A stretch of 40,160 bases of DNA from a virus (lineage: Duplodnaviria > Caudoviricetes), in IMG/VR virus record IMGVR_UViG_3300048893_000028, positions 1-40,160 of that record; one strand, given 5' to 3'. Within the stretch, counting starts at the first letter, position 1; every line of letters starts with the position of its first letter. Shown here in pieces: positions 27,396 to 36,788 of the stretch. A model generated the notes under the pieces. That model made no database searches, was not told where the DNA came from, and worked only from the letters and a program-made list of their open reading frames with translations. The position numbers and the translations under genes are program-made.

Positions 27396-28145
27396 ATGGC
27401 CGCCCCAGACCTCCAACCGAACGATCCGCCGACGGCGACCGATCCGGCATATGACGCCTTCGCGCAGCAACTCTCCCAACTCTGGCAGCAGCATTACAAC
27501 CGCCTGCCGGATAAGAGGGAAATCGACGAGATGTATGCGTCTGGGAAGGGGATTGATTGGATTGCGGCGCAGTTCCAAGCGCCCCCATCGGCTGCGCCTC
27601 CTGCCCCGCCACCGGCCGGCGGCAATACGGGCGGTCCTGCGGCCCCTGGGATTGGCTACGGGCCACTGACGGCGCCCTTCTCAACTCCGTGGGCACCCAC
27701 GGCCAATACGCCGTATCCGACGCAGCCGACGTTCTCGTTCAAGGATTTCACGGCGCCGAGTTATACCGAGGCGCAGAACGATCCCGGCTATCAGTTTCGG
27801 CTCGGGCAGGGGCAGCACCTCCTCGAGAACTCCCGCGCCGGGGCGGGCATCCTGAATACCGGGATGACGCTGAAAGATATTCTTGATTACGGCCAGAATG
27901 CCGCGAGTCAGGAGTATGGAAACGTTTACAATAGGGCCGCGAACACCTACAACTTAAATCTCGGGACGGCACAGGCCGAGTTCGCGCCCCTGATGTCCGG
28001 CTGGCAGACCAATATGGCGGCCACGCAGAGAGGCAACGAGTTCGCGAACACGCAGAGCCTCCGCAAATGGGAGGACGATGCGGCCAACTTCCGCAACTGG
28101 CAGAACGACGCCTGGCAAAAATACTTCGCCGGAGCATCCGCGTAG
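27396..28145 (+). CDS. Ejection / DNA-transfer protein
   Basis: DPGYQFRL.QG...G.TLK...YGQN.ASQEY.N.YNR motif. Confidence 0.75.
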   Translation: MAAPDLQPNDPPTATDPAYDAFAQQLSQLWQQHYNRLPDKREIDEMYASGKGIDWIAAQFQAPPSAAPPAPPPAGGNTGGPAAPGIGYGPLTAPFSTPWAPTANTPYPTQPTFSFKDFTAPSYTEAQNDPGYQFRLGQGQHLLENSRAGAGILNTGMTLKDILDYGQNAASQEYGNVYNRAANTYNLNLGTAQAEFAPLMSGWQTNMAATQRGNEFANTQSLRKWEDDAANFRNWQNDAWQKYFAGASA

Positions 28146-29666
28146 GTGGCTCCGTATCGTTACGAGTCCTCGTTCAATGCCCCACGGTGGTCGGGAAGTC
28201 TCGCGGATCTGATTCGCCTGCAAGGGCAGATTCCGGCCGAGGCCGCGCTCCGCATCGGCGCGATTCAAGGCCGCGGCGCGGAGCAATCAGGCTTGGCCTA
28301 TGCCGGGGCGGTGCAGCAACTGGCCCCCATTGCGGCCGGCGCGATTCAGCAGATCGGCCAGCAACAGGCCCAAGCGAAGCAGACGGCCTCGGTGCAGGCG
28401 TTATTGAAAGAGACCCCGCGCGTCGATCTCGGGGACGGCGTGATGGGCTATGACATTCCGAAAGTGTCGGAAGCCATCATGCAGGGCGGGGGCGATCCGA
28501 AGCCGATCGTCGAACGGTTGGGGCCGATCAATCAGTCCCTTCAGCAGATGCATACGGCGCGGATGAACTCCGTCAAACTCACGGCCCAAGCGGTCCACGA
28601 TGCCGGGAACGATCCTGATCTGGCACAGAGTGCGCTCGATACCTTTGAGCAGAACGGGGTGATTACGGCTGCCCAAGCAGCGCCGTTGCGGGCGATGGCG
28701 ACGACGCCCGAAGGCGTGGCGAAGATGACGGCGTATTTCCTCGGGGCACCGAAGGTCGAGCGGGCCGTGCCAGGGTCGATGGCGATTGGTCCGGATCAGA
28801 AACCCATCGAAGGAACCCAAGTGCCGGCGCTCGACAAACCAGAAAAGCTACCCGAAGGCTTTACGCTCGCGCCAGGCGCCACGCGCTACGACGCCACGGG
28901 GCAACCCATTGCGAGTGCGCCAGCGATTGAGCCGAAGCCGCCTCGGATCGCCATCGGGAGTTTTGAGGATTATGTCGGACGGAAATATGGGGCGAATCCG
29001 ACTCCGGCCCAGATAGAAGCCGCACGCCGCACCTACTCGGCGGCCGACAATGCCCCCGCGAAGCCTGAGAAGGCCGTCGATGTCACCCCAGACATTCAGA
29101 CCACGATGAGCGGCCATACGTTCGTGGATCTGAGCCTCTATGGGGCCGGTGAGCGTGACGCGGCGCGCGTGGCGGCATCGAGGGCCGGGGCGATTCCAGT
29201 CAGTAAAGAAGTCGCCTCAAGTTTGCAGGATTTGGACACGACCCGACAGAATCAGCAAAAGATTCTGAGCCAAATCGAAGACCTCGTGCCGAAAAATGCC
29301 GCCGGGCGCATCATCGCCGCGCCGGTCATCAAGCTCGAGAAGGTTTTCCAGACCGATGAACAGGTCGCCGCGTTCAATACGTGGCGCACATCGGCCATCC
29401 AAGCCATGCGGGCAACCGCTGGCAGTAAGGGCCTGCGGATCAATCGCTCTGAGATCGACATGGCGATTCAGAACGACATCCCGAAGCTAACGGATACGTG
29501 GGCGACGGCGCAGCAGAAGGTCAAAAACGTCCTCGCGATGCTCGACAGCATTGAGAACTCGGCTCTTGTGCGGGATCGGTCGTCGCTGGTGCCGGATCGG
29601 CCTATCATTGGGCCACCAGCCCCTGCCTCGGCCCCGCCCGGGATTCAGGGCCTTCGGAACCGCTGA
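28146..29666 (+). CDS. Putative ejection / internal virion protein
   Basis: 506 aa, helical; FTLAPG..RYD..G..IA motif; synteny. Confidence 0.65.
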   Translation: MAPYRYESSFNAPRWSGSLADLIRLQGQIPAEAALRIGAIQGRGAEQSGLAYAGAVQQLAPIAAGAIQQIGQQQAQAKQTASVQALLKETPRVDLGDGVMGYDIPKVSEAIMQGGGDPKPIVERLGPINQSLQQMHTARMNSVKLTAQAVHDAGNDPDLAQSALDTFEQNGVITAAQAAPLRAMATTPEGVAKMTAYFLGAPKVERAVPGSMAIGPDQKPIEGTQVPALDKPEKLPEGFTLAPGATRYDATGQPIASAPAIEPKPPRIAIGSFEDYVGRKYGANPTPAQIEAARRTYSAADNAPAKPEKAVDVTPDIQTTMSGHTFVDLSLYGAGERDAARVAASRAGAIPVSKEVASSLQDLDTTRQNQQKILSQIEDLVPKNAAGRIIAAPVIKLEKVFQTDEQVAAFNTWRTSAIQAMRATAGSKGLRINRSEIDMAIQNDIPKLTDTWATAQQKVKNVLAMLDSIENSALVRDRSSLVPDRPIIGPPAPASAPPGIQGLRNR

Positions 29667-30628
29667 TGGCGGATCAACCTACGCCGCTCACTGAGGATGA
29701 TTTCCGCTGGCTTTATAGTCAGGGCCGGTCAGAGGATCCACAGGCGCGGGCCGAAGTGACGGGGTTGGTCAAGAAGATGACCCCCACCGAATCGAAAGCA
29801 TATTACGAGTTCCAGAAGGCCCAGACGGCGCCCCCATCCAAGGACATCAAGGTGCTCGGCGTGCCGGTGCATGTCGTGGGCGACAGTCCCCGCCCTGATA
29901 GCAACATGGTTGGCACGGACTCCGGCGCTGGCGTGGCCCCAGAAGATGCGCTGATGACGGGGATGGCTGTCCGTGGCGTCACACGGGCCGTCAGTGGGGC
30001 GACCGGCGCGGCGGGCAAGGTCTTGGCCGGGGCGAAGTCCGTGGCCTCACAGGCGGCCCCCGCCATCAAATACGAGGTCGCGCGCGGCACCCTGGTGAGT
30101 ATGGGTGTGCCCGAACCGCTCGCGCGCATGGCCGCGATGGCGTTCTCGAGCTATACGCCAGGGAAGGGCGAACCGGCCTCCGAGGCCCCTGTGCAGGCTC
30201 CGAAGACACCGCCTCCGGTGCCGGCGGGCATCGGACGGCCGAATACCCTGAGCACGAAGGGGCTCACCGAGATTCTGACGGCTGAAAACCGCGCCGCGCA
30301 CCCTGGGCCGGCGCCGGATCTCGCGGCCGTCCTCGGCCCGAAGGCTGAACCAGCTAATCCCGCGCCGGTCATCGGCAAGATTGCCCCGAAGGTCTATAAC
30401 GAGCTTGCCATCTGGGCCAGACGCGCGCAACTCACCCTGACGCCGGAAGAAGAGGCCGCAGCCGCGCAATTAGTCGCGGGTGGTGGTGTGACCCCACCAG
30501 GGGCGGTGACGGCTATCAAGGCCCTTCGGGCGGGCACGGCGCTCAGGTCGGTGCCCGGCTTCATGACGGATGAACAAGTGGCGAGCGAGATTGCGAATCG
30601 TGTCGGGAATAGGAGCCCGAAACGCTAA
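29666..30628 (+). CDS. Putative ejection / internal virion protein
   Basis: Ala/Pro-rich; coupled to both neighbours. Confidence 0.55.
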   Translation: MADQPTPLTEDDFRWLYSQGRSEDPQARAEVTGLVKKMTPTESKAYYEFQKAQTAPPSKDIKVLGVPVHVVGDSPRPDSNMVGTDSGAGVAPEDALMTGMAVRGVTRAVSGATGAAGKVLAGAKSVASQAAPAIKYEVARGTLVSMGVPEPLARMAAMAFSSYTPGKGEPASEAPVQAPKTPPPVPAGIGRPNTLSTKGLTEILTAENRAAHPGPAPDLAAVLGPKAEPANPAPVIGKIAPKVYNELAIWARRAQLTLTPEEEAAAAQLVAGGGVTPPGAVTAIKALRAGTALRSVPGFMTDEQVASEIANRVGNRSPKR

Positions 30629-32157
30629 TGGCTTCAGGCACCCTGCTTCCCTGGCCGCTGAATCAACCGCTCGATGATGACGGCCTCGTCATCCCCGGCG
30701 CTCTCCTGTATGTGTATGTCGCTGGGACGAGCACGCCGGTGGTCGTCTATGCCGATGTCGGGCTGACGATTCCCCTCAGTAACCCCGTCGAAGCGGCGGC
30801 CTCTGGGCGGTTCCCCGAACTCTTCATGACGCCTGGCTCGAGCGTCAAGGTCGTGCTGAAGACGGCCGATAACGTCGAAATCTGGTCGGCGGATAACATC
30901 CTCGCGAGTCCGAGCGTGACGGGCGGTGTCGATCTCGTCGGGGTGGCTGGGGAAGCCTTGCCGGCCCTCTCGGCGGTGTATCTCTCGGACGGGTCGGGCG
31001 GGAAGACGGCGGGCAGTTGGTATCTCGCGGATGCCTCCCAGCTCTATAGCAGTGTCTCGCCCGAAGTCGGGGTGACGCAGAGCGCGATTGCGCTGGGCGC
31101 GACAGGCACGATTCGGACGCGCGGGGAAGTCTCCGGGTTCACGACGATCGTGCCCGGGGGGGTCTATTACATCGGGACGGCTGGGGCCGCGACCCTCACG
31201 GCGCCCGCGAATGCGCGCGCGATCTATATCGGCTTGTCCCCGACGACGGTGTCGGTGGCCGCGGTGCCCGTCCCTGCGGCGCTCTCGACACGCTGCGAAG
31301 GGCGGCTGACCCTGACGACGGCGGTGCCGGTGACGACGGCGGATGTCTTAGCCGCGACGACGATCTTCTGGACGCCGTTTCGCGGGAATCACTGCGCGGT
31401 CTACAACGGGACGACGTGGATCGAGCGGACGTTTACGGAACTCTCGATTGTGGTCCCCGCGACCACGGCCACGTTGTATGACGTGTTCGTGTTCGACAAC
31501 AGCGGCACGCTGGCGCTGGAGCTGACCGCGTGGACGAACGACACGACCCGAGCCACGGCACTGGTGTTACAGGATGGCGTGCTCGTGAAAACGGGCGCCC
31601 TGACACGTCGGTATCTCGGGACGTTTCGCACGACAGGTGTCAGTGGGCAGACGGAAGATTCGATCGCGAAGCGCTATCTCTGGAACTACTACAACCGGAC
31701 GCGCCGACATCTGCGTCGGTATGAGACCACGGCTTCATGGACCTATGGGGCTGGGAACAGCGTCAATGGCACGCGCCAAGCCAACGCCAACGTCGCGAAT
31801 CAGGTCGAGGTCGTAGTGGGCGTTGCGGAGTCTTTAGTCGAGATCTCGGTGATGGCCTGGGCCTCGAATACGGTCGTCTCTGCTATGTCCACCTATGCGT
31901 CGATCGCGATCGGGATCGATAGCACGACGGTGGGCGACGTGACGTTTTCATCGGGTGTGAATACGGCCTATGCCTACGTGGCGACCGTACCGAGTCCGAT
32001 GGTCGTGACGGCGCGTCTCATGCCCACGGTCGGGCGGCATTTTTTCGCATGGCTGGAATATGTGGTTATCAATAACGGCGGGACGAACACGATGTATCGA
32101 ACCGATCCGTTTAACAACAACTGGCAAGGCGGCATGATCGGGTCGATCGACGGATAA
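30628..32157 (+). CDS. Tail fibre/spike with N-terminal head-binding domain
   Basis: LY.Y.AGTSTP...NPV....GR N-terminus; GRLTLT..PVTT.DV and LWNYYNR motifs. Confidence 0.8.
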   Translation: MASGTLLPWPLNQPLDDDGLVIPGALLYVYVAGTSTPVVVYADVGLTIPLSNPVEAAASGRFPELFMTPGSSVKVVLKTADNVEIWSADNILASPSVTGGVDLVGVAGEALPALSAVYLSDGSGGKTAGSWYLADASQLYSSVSPEVGVTQSAIALGATGTIRTRGEVSGFTTIVPGGVYYIGTAGAATLTAPANARAIYIGLSPTTVSVAAVPVPAALSTRCEGRLTLTTAVPVTTADVLAATTIFWTPFRGNHCAVYNGTTWIERTFTELSIVVPATTATLYDVFVFDNSGTLALELTAWTNDTTRATALVLQDGVLVKTGALTRRYLGTFRTTGVSGQTEDSIAKRYLWNYYNRTRRHLRRYETTASWTYGAGNSVNGTRQANANVANQVEVVVGVAESLVEISVMAWASNTVVSAMSTYASIAIGIDSTTVGDVTFSSGVNTAYAYVATVPSPMVVTARLMPTVGRHFFAWLEYVVINNGGTNTMYRTDPFNNNWQGGMIGSIDG

Positions 32158-32166
32158 GGGGGAGTT

Positions 32167-32643
32167 GTGACCAATGCGACCCTGGAGACGACTCGACCAC
32201 GGCTGGTGCCGCACGAGGGGGCAATGAGCCCCCCGAGCACGGGCCTCTTACAACAGCAGATTGACTTGTTAGACGAGAAATTCGAGCAAGGGCATTTACG
32301 TCTTCGCAAGGATGTCGATGAGCTCGCCTTGGGTTTTTATAACCTCAAAACCGAAACCTCGGTTCTGAGTGAAAATCTGAAAGCCTATCGTAGTTCAACG
32401 ACGAACGTGACCAATATCAATTTCACCATGACGCAGGTCGTTGGCATCGTGATTGTGTGCGTTGGGCTCGTAGGCGGTGGCTATCGCATCTTGCAAGCTG
32501 AGTGGGAAAACGCCGAAGCGATCAAGCGATATCGGGAAGAGACGACGGCCGGGATGGAGCGCACGAACAAGAATCAGGAACTGTTGCGGATTCAATACGA
32601 GTCGTTAATGAAGATCGTGCTCAGTCAGGGCAAAAAGGAGTAG
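32167..32643 (+). CDS. Single-TM coiled-coil membrane protein (start may be later)
   Basis: VVGIVIVCVGLVGGGY TM; AAGGGGGAG RBS. Confidence 0.65.
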   Translation: MTNATLETTRPRLVPHEGAMSPPSTGLLQQQIDLLDEKFEQGHLRLRKDVDELALGFYNLKTETSVLSENLKAYRSSTTNVTNINFTMTQVVGIVIVCVGLVGGGYRILQAEWENAEAIKRYREETTAGMERTNKNQELLRIQYESLMKIVLSQGKKE

Positions 32644-32646
32644 CGC

Positions 32647-32868
32647 ATGGGCGATGACGTGCCGGCGGCGTGTTGCGGATCTGGGATCTGCTGCGACAAG
32701 GTGAAGCAGAAGATTGCGTTGACCAAGCTTTTCGAGCATGCCGCGAAGGGGATCAGCACGACAGAGGCCGAGCAATGCGCGCAGGCCATCATGGACACGT
32801 TTGACATGGTGCCGAAGGGCCTGCTCTCGCCGCTGATCAAGTTCGTGCAAGAGCATCCCTACGAGTAG
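32647..32868 (+). CDS. Small Cys-rich hypothetical protein
   Basis: AAGGAG RBS; CC...CC motif. Confidence 0.65.
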   Translation: MGDDVPAACCGSGICCDKVKQKIALTKLFEHAAKGISTTEAEQCAQAIMDTFDMVPKGLLSPLIKFVQEHPYE

Positions 32869-32871
32869 TGA

Positions 32872-33387
32872 ATGCCTGATCAGGCGCGCGTGCCGACGAC
32901 GCCAGAACGTCAGGGTGGTACTGGTTGGTCGCTCGAGACCGCGATTGACCATCTCTTGTCGGTCATCTCTGGGAACGATAAGCGATACGAGGAACGCTTT
33001 CTGGCCTCTCAGAAGGCGCTCGAGCTCGGACTGGCGGGGCAGAAGTCGGAGATTAGCGCAGCGCTTGCGGCTGCGGATCGGGCCGTGCTCAAAGCGGAGG
33101 CGGCGACCGAGAAACGCTTTGAAAGCGTGAACGAGTTTCGGGGCACATTAGATAATCAGCAACGGACGCTGATTCCACGGTCGGAAGTCGATGTGTTGAT
33201 TCGAGGGTTGGACGAGAAGATCCTGAACAACACAAAGCTGATCGAGACGGTGCAAATTCGTCAGCGTGAGATGGAATCACAGCGGCAAGGCGTGGTGGGC
33301 GGCTGGGGCTATGCGGTCGGTATCGTCGGGTTTCTCTTAGCGATCGGGTCGTTGATCATGATCGGGATTCGGTTCATCAAAGGATAA
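32872..33387 (+). CDS. Coiled-coil protein with C-terminal TM
   Basis: KAE.ATEKRFESVNEFR motif; C-terminal hydrophobic helix. Confidence 0.7.
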   Translation: MPDQARVPTTPERQGGTGWSLETAIDHLLSVISGNDKRYEERFLASQKALELGLAGQKSEISAALAAADRAVLKAEAATEKRFESVNEFRGTLDNQQRTLIPRSEVDVLIRGLDEKILNNTKLIETVQIRQREMESQRQGVVGGWGYAVGIVGFLLAIGSLIMIGIRFIKG

Positions 33388-33391
33388 CGGT

Positions 33392-33589
33392 ATGAATCTC
33401 ATTAGTCTCCTGATCGTCCTCCTGATCTTCTGCGTGCTCGTGTGGGCTGTGCGGGCCTTGCTGGCCGCGTTCAATATCGGTAATCCGATCAGCACCGTCG
33501 TGCAAGTCATCATCGTGCTGATCTTCGTGCTCTGGCTGATTCAGGCGTTGGGCGTAATCGACAGCGGGCCGATGCTGAGGTTGCGATGA
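33392..33589 (+). CDS. Two-TM small membrane protein (holin candidate; Thivi_2564-like)
   Basis: LISLLIVLLIF.VLVW...VIIVLIFVLWLIQ. Confidence 0.65.
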   Translation: MNLISLLIVLLIFCVLVWAVRALLAAFNIGNPISTVVQVIIVLIFVLWLIQALGVIDSGPMLRLR

Positions 33590-33783
33590 TTGAGCCCCAT
33601 CGACCCTCGATGTATTCCCAGGTGGTCGTGGCGCGGATGCTGGCGGCGGCCGTATGTCCGCGGTGCGAAGCGAAGAACGAACGGAATCAAAAGGCGACGA
33701 TCGACTTGTCGGGCGATGTGGCGTATTGCAATGCGTGCGGGGAAACATTTCGGATGGCACGTCCGACAGCGGAGGCGGTATGA
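33586..33783 (+). CDS. Zn-ribbon protein
   Basis: CPRC...CNACG. Confidence 0.65.
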   Translation: MIEPHRPSMYSQVVVARMLAAAVCPRCEAKNERNQKATIDLSGDVAYCNACGETFRMARPTAEAV

Positions 33784-33852
33784 CGAGGCGGCTGCCGGCA
33801 ATAGGCAGTGTGCCTAAGGCTCACATAGAGCACCAGAAAGGGCGATTCTAGC

Positions 33853-35115
33853 ATGATTGAATTGAATGTGAACCCGATTGGATCGGATGGGCAATCTATC
33901 CCAGCACCGATCATCACGCTCTACGTGCTCGATAAGAATCTGCACGAGTGCCCGATGGAGCCTCGGATTCGGCCGCAGACCAATTTCTATGCGGCTGACA
34001 TCCCGTTCAGTCAAGCCACGGGCACGACCGGCCCCTACAAAGTCTACGGAACCGCTGTCGCACCGGGATTCCAGACGGCCTATATCCCCTATACGGATTG
34101 GGATGGGGCGACGACGATCAATGTCTCGGTGATTCTGACCGCCCTCCCTTTTAACCCTCCCGTGGACTGGACGATCGACCAGTTGTGCGCGGTTCGCGGG
34201 GGCATGTGGACCGCACGACTGGATATTCCCTACGGGCCGCGACCGGGATCACCCGACAACATCAACGCACTCGACTACCTAGAGAGCTTCGACGCGCCGA
34301 CGCGGGCACGGATGCTCGCGGCCTACGGAAAAGACGGCAACCGCTATACGCACTGTCCAGATGGCCCGATGTTGGACGAGGGCTATCACGGCAAATACCC
34401 GGCCGTGGATTTCCGCAGTAATCCGAGTGCTTGGTTCGCGTTCATGCGTGAGAAATGGGCCGCTGGGATCTGCCCGATTCACTTCGCCTATCCCGACCTG
34501 TATGGGTTCGCGCCTGATGCATTTGATCAGTTCGTCCGTGATTTTGAGCCGATCTATCGTTCCCCTGACGCGCAGGCGCTGATTAAGGTCTGGGTGCCGT
34601 ATGGATGGGAACGGGGCTACGAGGTCACGTCGGCCATGTGGGTGCGAATGCTGCAATGGGCACGCGAGGTGCTCCCTGATGCGCTGGTCGGCATTCACAT
34701 GGTGGCCGATCAGGATGCGCCCACGGGGGGCAACGATTACCTGATCCCCGGATGGACGAACGGCACGGCGTGGCAAGCGGTCGCGCCCTATACGCATCTC
34801 TGGCTGGTACAAAACGCTGGGTATGTGAACGGCGGGACGCCGGTCCCGTCGCCTGATTTTGTGCGCAACTTCACGGAACAATTTAATCCGATGGTGCGCG
34901 GCTCGCTGGCGTTCCGGTTTGCATCGGGTTATGCCGGATGGCCAACCAATAGCGCCTTTGGGCCTGGCGTGCCGCTCAAGTTGATTGCGGGAGAGTATGC
35001 ATCGTTTCAAGACTTCTGGGCGAATTGGCCGGAATCTGAAGCACAGAAGTTAGGCGACGGGGCGATTCAATCGGGCGCCGTTGGCGCATTCGATGGGTGT
35101 CGGTTAGCCATTTAG
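33853..35115 (+). CDS. Two-domain protein: about 100-aa beta domain plus putative glycoside-hydrolase-like alpha/beta barrel (candidate lytic enzyme)
   Basis: Beta-rich N-terminus; aromatic-rich C-domain with two Glu in GH-A-like contexts (YGWE, IAGEY); lies in the membrane-gene cluster. Confidence 0.55.
   Translation: MIELNVNPIGSDGQSIPAPIITLYVLDKNLHECPMEPRIRPQTNFYAADIPFSQATGTTGPYKVYGTAVAPGFQTAYIPYTDWDGATTINVSVILTALPFNPPVDWTIDQLCAVRGGMWTARLDIPYGPRPGSPDNINALDYLESFDAPTRARMLAAYGKDGNRYTHCPDGPMLDEGYHGKYPAVDFRSNPSAWFAFMREKWAAGICPIHFAYPDLYGFAPDAFDQFVRDFEPIYRSPDAQALIKVWVPYGWERGYEVTSAMWVRMLQWAREVLPDALVGIHMVADQDAPTGGNDYLIPGWTNGTAWQAVAPYTHLWLVQNAGYVNGGTPVPSPDFVRNFTEQFNPMVRGSLAFRFASGYAGWPTNSAFGPGVPLKLIAGEYASFQDFWANWPESEAQKLGDGAIQSGAVGAFDGCRLAI
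34146..34152 (+). other. Candidate -1 frameshift heptamer C CCT TTT with immediate -1 stop
   Basis: -1 frame reads CCC TTT TAA; stem-loop 34160-34192 after a 7-nt spacer. Confidence 0.5.
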
Positions 35116-35124
35116 GAGTCCGCT

Positions 35125-35457
35125 GTGAAACGACTGATACCGCTCGCGCTCGTGTTCGCGCTGTCCGGGTGTGCCTCGCTCCGCAATGCCGATGGCACGA
35201 TCAACGTCGTGCGGATTCTGGACGATGGAAGCTGGGGTCTCTCGGCGGCCTGTTGGCAACAGTGGGTGCCGGCGGATGCGTGTCTCTTCGGGCAGGATGC
35301 CATCGCGATCGCGCGTGGGGCGGCGTTACGAAATCGAGAGACGGCGGTGCTCGCGGCCCGGCAAGCCCTGATTGATGCGGAAGCGAAGATCCCGGCGGAT
35401 TCCCGGCTGAAGCCCTATCTCGATGCGATTATCGTGCTGCTCGTAATTCGGCCATGA
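35125..35457 (+). CDS. Lipoprotein (o-spanin candidate)
   Basis: MKRLIPLALVFALSG-C lipobox; TAGGAG RBS. Confidence 0.75.
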   Translation: MKRLIPLALVFALSGCASLRNADGTINVVRILDDGSWGLSAACWQQWVPADACLFGQDAIAIARGAALRNRETAVLAARQALIDAEAKIPADSRLKPYLDAIIVLLVIRP

Positions 35458-35633
35458 CGCTGCGGATTGAGTGGCGGCATCTCCGGGGACCGGCGGCTGA
35501 TCCGCTGATTGAATACGTGACGCGGCCGACGCGCGGCGCGTGCATGGATTACTGGTCCGAACAGGTCGATACGTATCGCCGGGTGCTCTGGAATACCACG
35601 TTTACGTCCATTTGTTCGTTCGTAGGAGATTGA
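35454..35633 (+). CDS. Small hypothetical protein (59 aa)
   Basis: ATGA overlap; fills the gap to 35635. Confidence 0.5.
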   Translation: MTLRIEWRHLRGPAADPLIEYVTRPTRGACMDYWSEQVDTYRRVLWNTTFTSICSFVGD

Positions 35634-35634
35634 C

Positions 35635-36123
35635 ATGCGACGGATCTGGCTCATTGCCCTCGTGCTGGTCGGGTCCGTCTGGATCGTGCAGGCGCAGGAG
35701 AAAACCACACAAACGGGCGCCCCGGTGACGCAAGTGCCAGGCTCGCCGCCTGCTCCCTCGACGGTCTCCACGCCCGCCGTGGTGACGACGACGATCCCCT
35801 CGCCCGCGTCTCCGACGCATGTGCCGGAACAGGTGATGTGGGGCCTGGCGATGTCCTACGTGTTGCAGTTCCTGAAGAAGCAGAAATGGTTCCCGTTGAT
35901 CACGCCGGAAACGTCCTCCAACATTCAGGCGTTGATCGGTTTCATTATGGCGACGGCGACCGCGGCGGGCATTCATATTGCCGTGACGGGCAGCGTGCTC
36001 GATGGCAACGGGCTGTCGTTCAGCGTGACGGGGTTGACGATTGATGCGATCAAGGATGTCGGGTTTCAGTGGGTCGCCCAGCAGGGCTGGTATGACGCCA
36101 TTGTGAAAGGCAAGGCGGCGTAA
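35635..36123 (+). CDS. Membrane protein with signal peptide/TM, Pro/Thr linker and holin-like C-domain
   Basis: MRRIWLIALVLVGSVW; V.QFLKK.KWFP and further hydrophobic segments; AGGAG RBS. Confidence 0.65.
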   Translation: MRRIWLIALVLVGSVWIVQAQEKTTQTGAPVTQVPGSPPAPSTVSTPAVVTTTIPSPASPTHVPEQVMWGLAMSYVLQFLKKQKWFPLITPETSSNIQALIGFIMATATAAGIHIAVTGSVLDGNGLSFSVTGLTIDAIKDVGFQWVAQQGWYDAIVKGKAA

Positions 36124-36389
36124 TGGCGGATCTCCAACCGTTGCTCGATGCGGTGCCGTCGAACTCGATCCTCGTGCTCGACCCCGGCACGACCTACACA
36201 ATCACGAATCAGATCACGAAGCCCGTCACGCTGCAAACACGGATGCCCTTGTCTCCGACCGCTCGAGCCGCGGCCGGCGATGTGACCATCACGACCACGG
36301 CGGGACTCTTCACCCAGGCCCCGATTACGCTCACGGGCCTCAAGGCAATCATGCCCGATGCCATCGTGGAGGGCATTACGGTCGTCTGA
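36123..36389 (+). CDS. Short protein resembling a beta-helix N-terminal cap (possible remnant)
   Basis: DLQPLLDA...ILVLDPGTTY...ITKPVTL. Confidence 0.5.
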   Translation: MADLQPLLDAVPSNSILVLDPGTTYTITNQITKPVTLQTRMPLSPTARAAAGDVTITTTAGLFTQAPITLTGLKAIMPDAIVEGITVV

Positions 36390-36391
36390 GA

Positions 36392-36468
36392 TTCAGGCGC
36401 ACGGAGGCGCGAGTCCTGGGAAGCTGGATGCCCCGTCCAGTAGTGACTCGTGGCTTCCGTCGCCTGAA
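36392..36468 (+). other. 77-nt imperfect hairpin between convergent genes
   Basis: ttcaggcg/cgcctgaa, acggaggc/gcttccgt, gcgagtc/gactcgt and ctggatg/cgtccag stems. Confidence 0.75.
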
Positions 36469-36470
36469 CG

Positions 36471-36779
36471 TTACGGCGTGGGCGGAACCTTGGCTTGCAA
36501 GTCGGTCACGGCCTGATCGACGCCAGACTTCGCGGCGTCGAGTTCTTCCTGGGTAATGAGCTGGGGAGCCGGCGCCGGGAAGGCGGCCACGGCGGCAGTC
36601 AGGGCGGCAACAGAGGCGGTCAGTTCGGCAGCAGTAGCCACAGCAAGCTCCAATTTGTGTTCCTGGCGTTTGAGTTCGTGCTCGAGACGGTGGACGCGGT
36701 GCTTCAGTTCGCGCAGTTCCTCCACGACGGTCGGTTTCTTCTTCCTGGCACCGGGGAGTAAGGGCTTCTGATTGCTCAC
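36471..36779 (-). CDS. Coiled-coil hypothetical protein; the only convincing minus-strand gene
   Basis: GTG 36779 lies 9 nt after an extended -10; occupies a gap free of + genes. Confidence 0.7.
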   Translation of the reverse strand: MSNQKPLLPGARKKKPTVVEELRELKHRVHRLEHELKRQEHKLELAVATAAELTASVAALTAAVAAFPAPAPQLITQEELDAAKSGVDQAVTDLQAKVPPTP

Positions 36780-36788
36780 GGCGCCGCT

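Noticed and set aside
30628-32157. Diversity-generating retroelement or invertible tail-fibre cassette
   Set aside because: No reverse transcriptase, invertase or template/variable repeat pair seen.
36392-36468. SRP RNA or tRNA identity for the hairpin
   Set aside because: Lacks the SRP helix-8 tetraloop and internal-loop motif; no cloverleaf or TTC loop.
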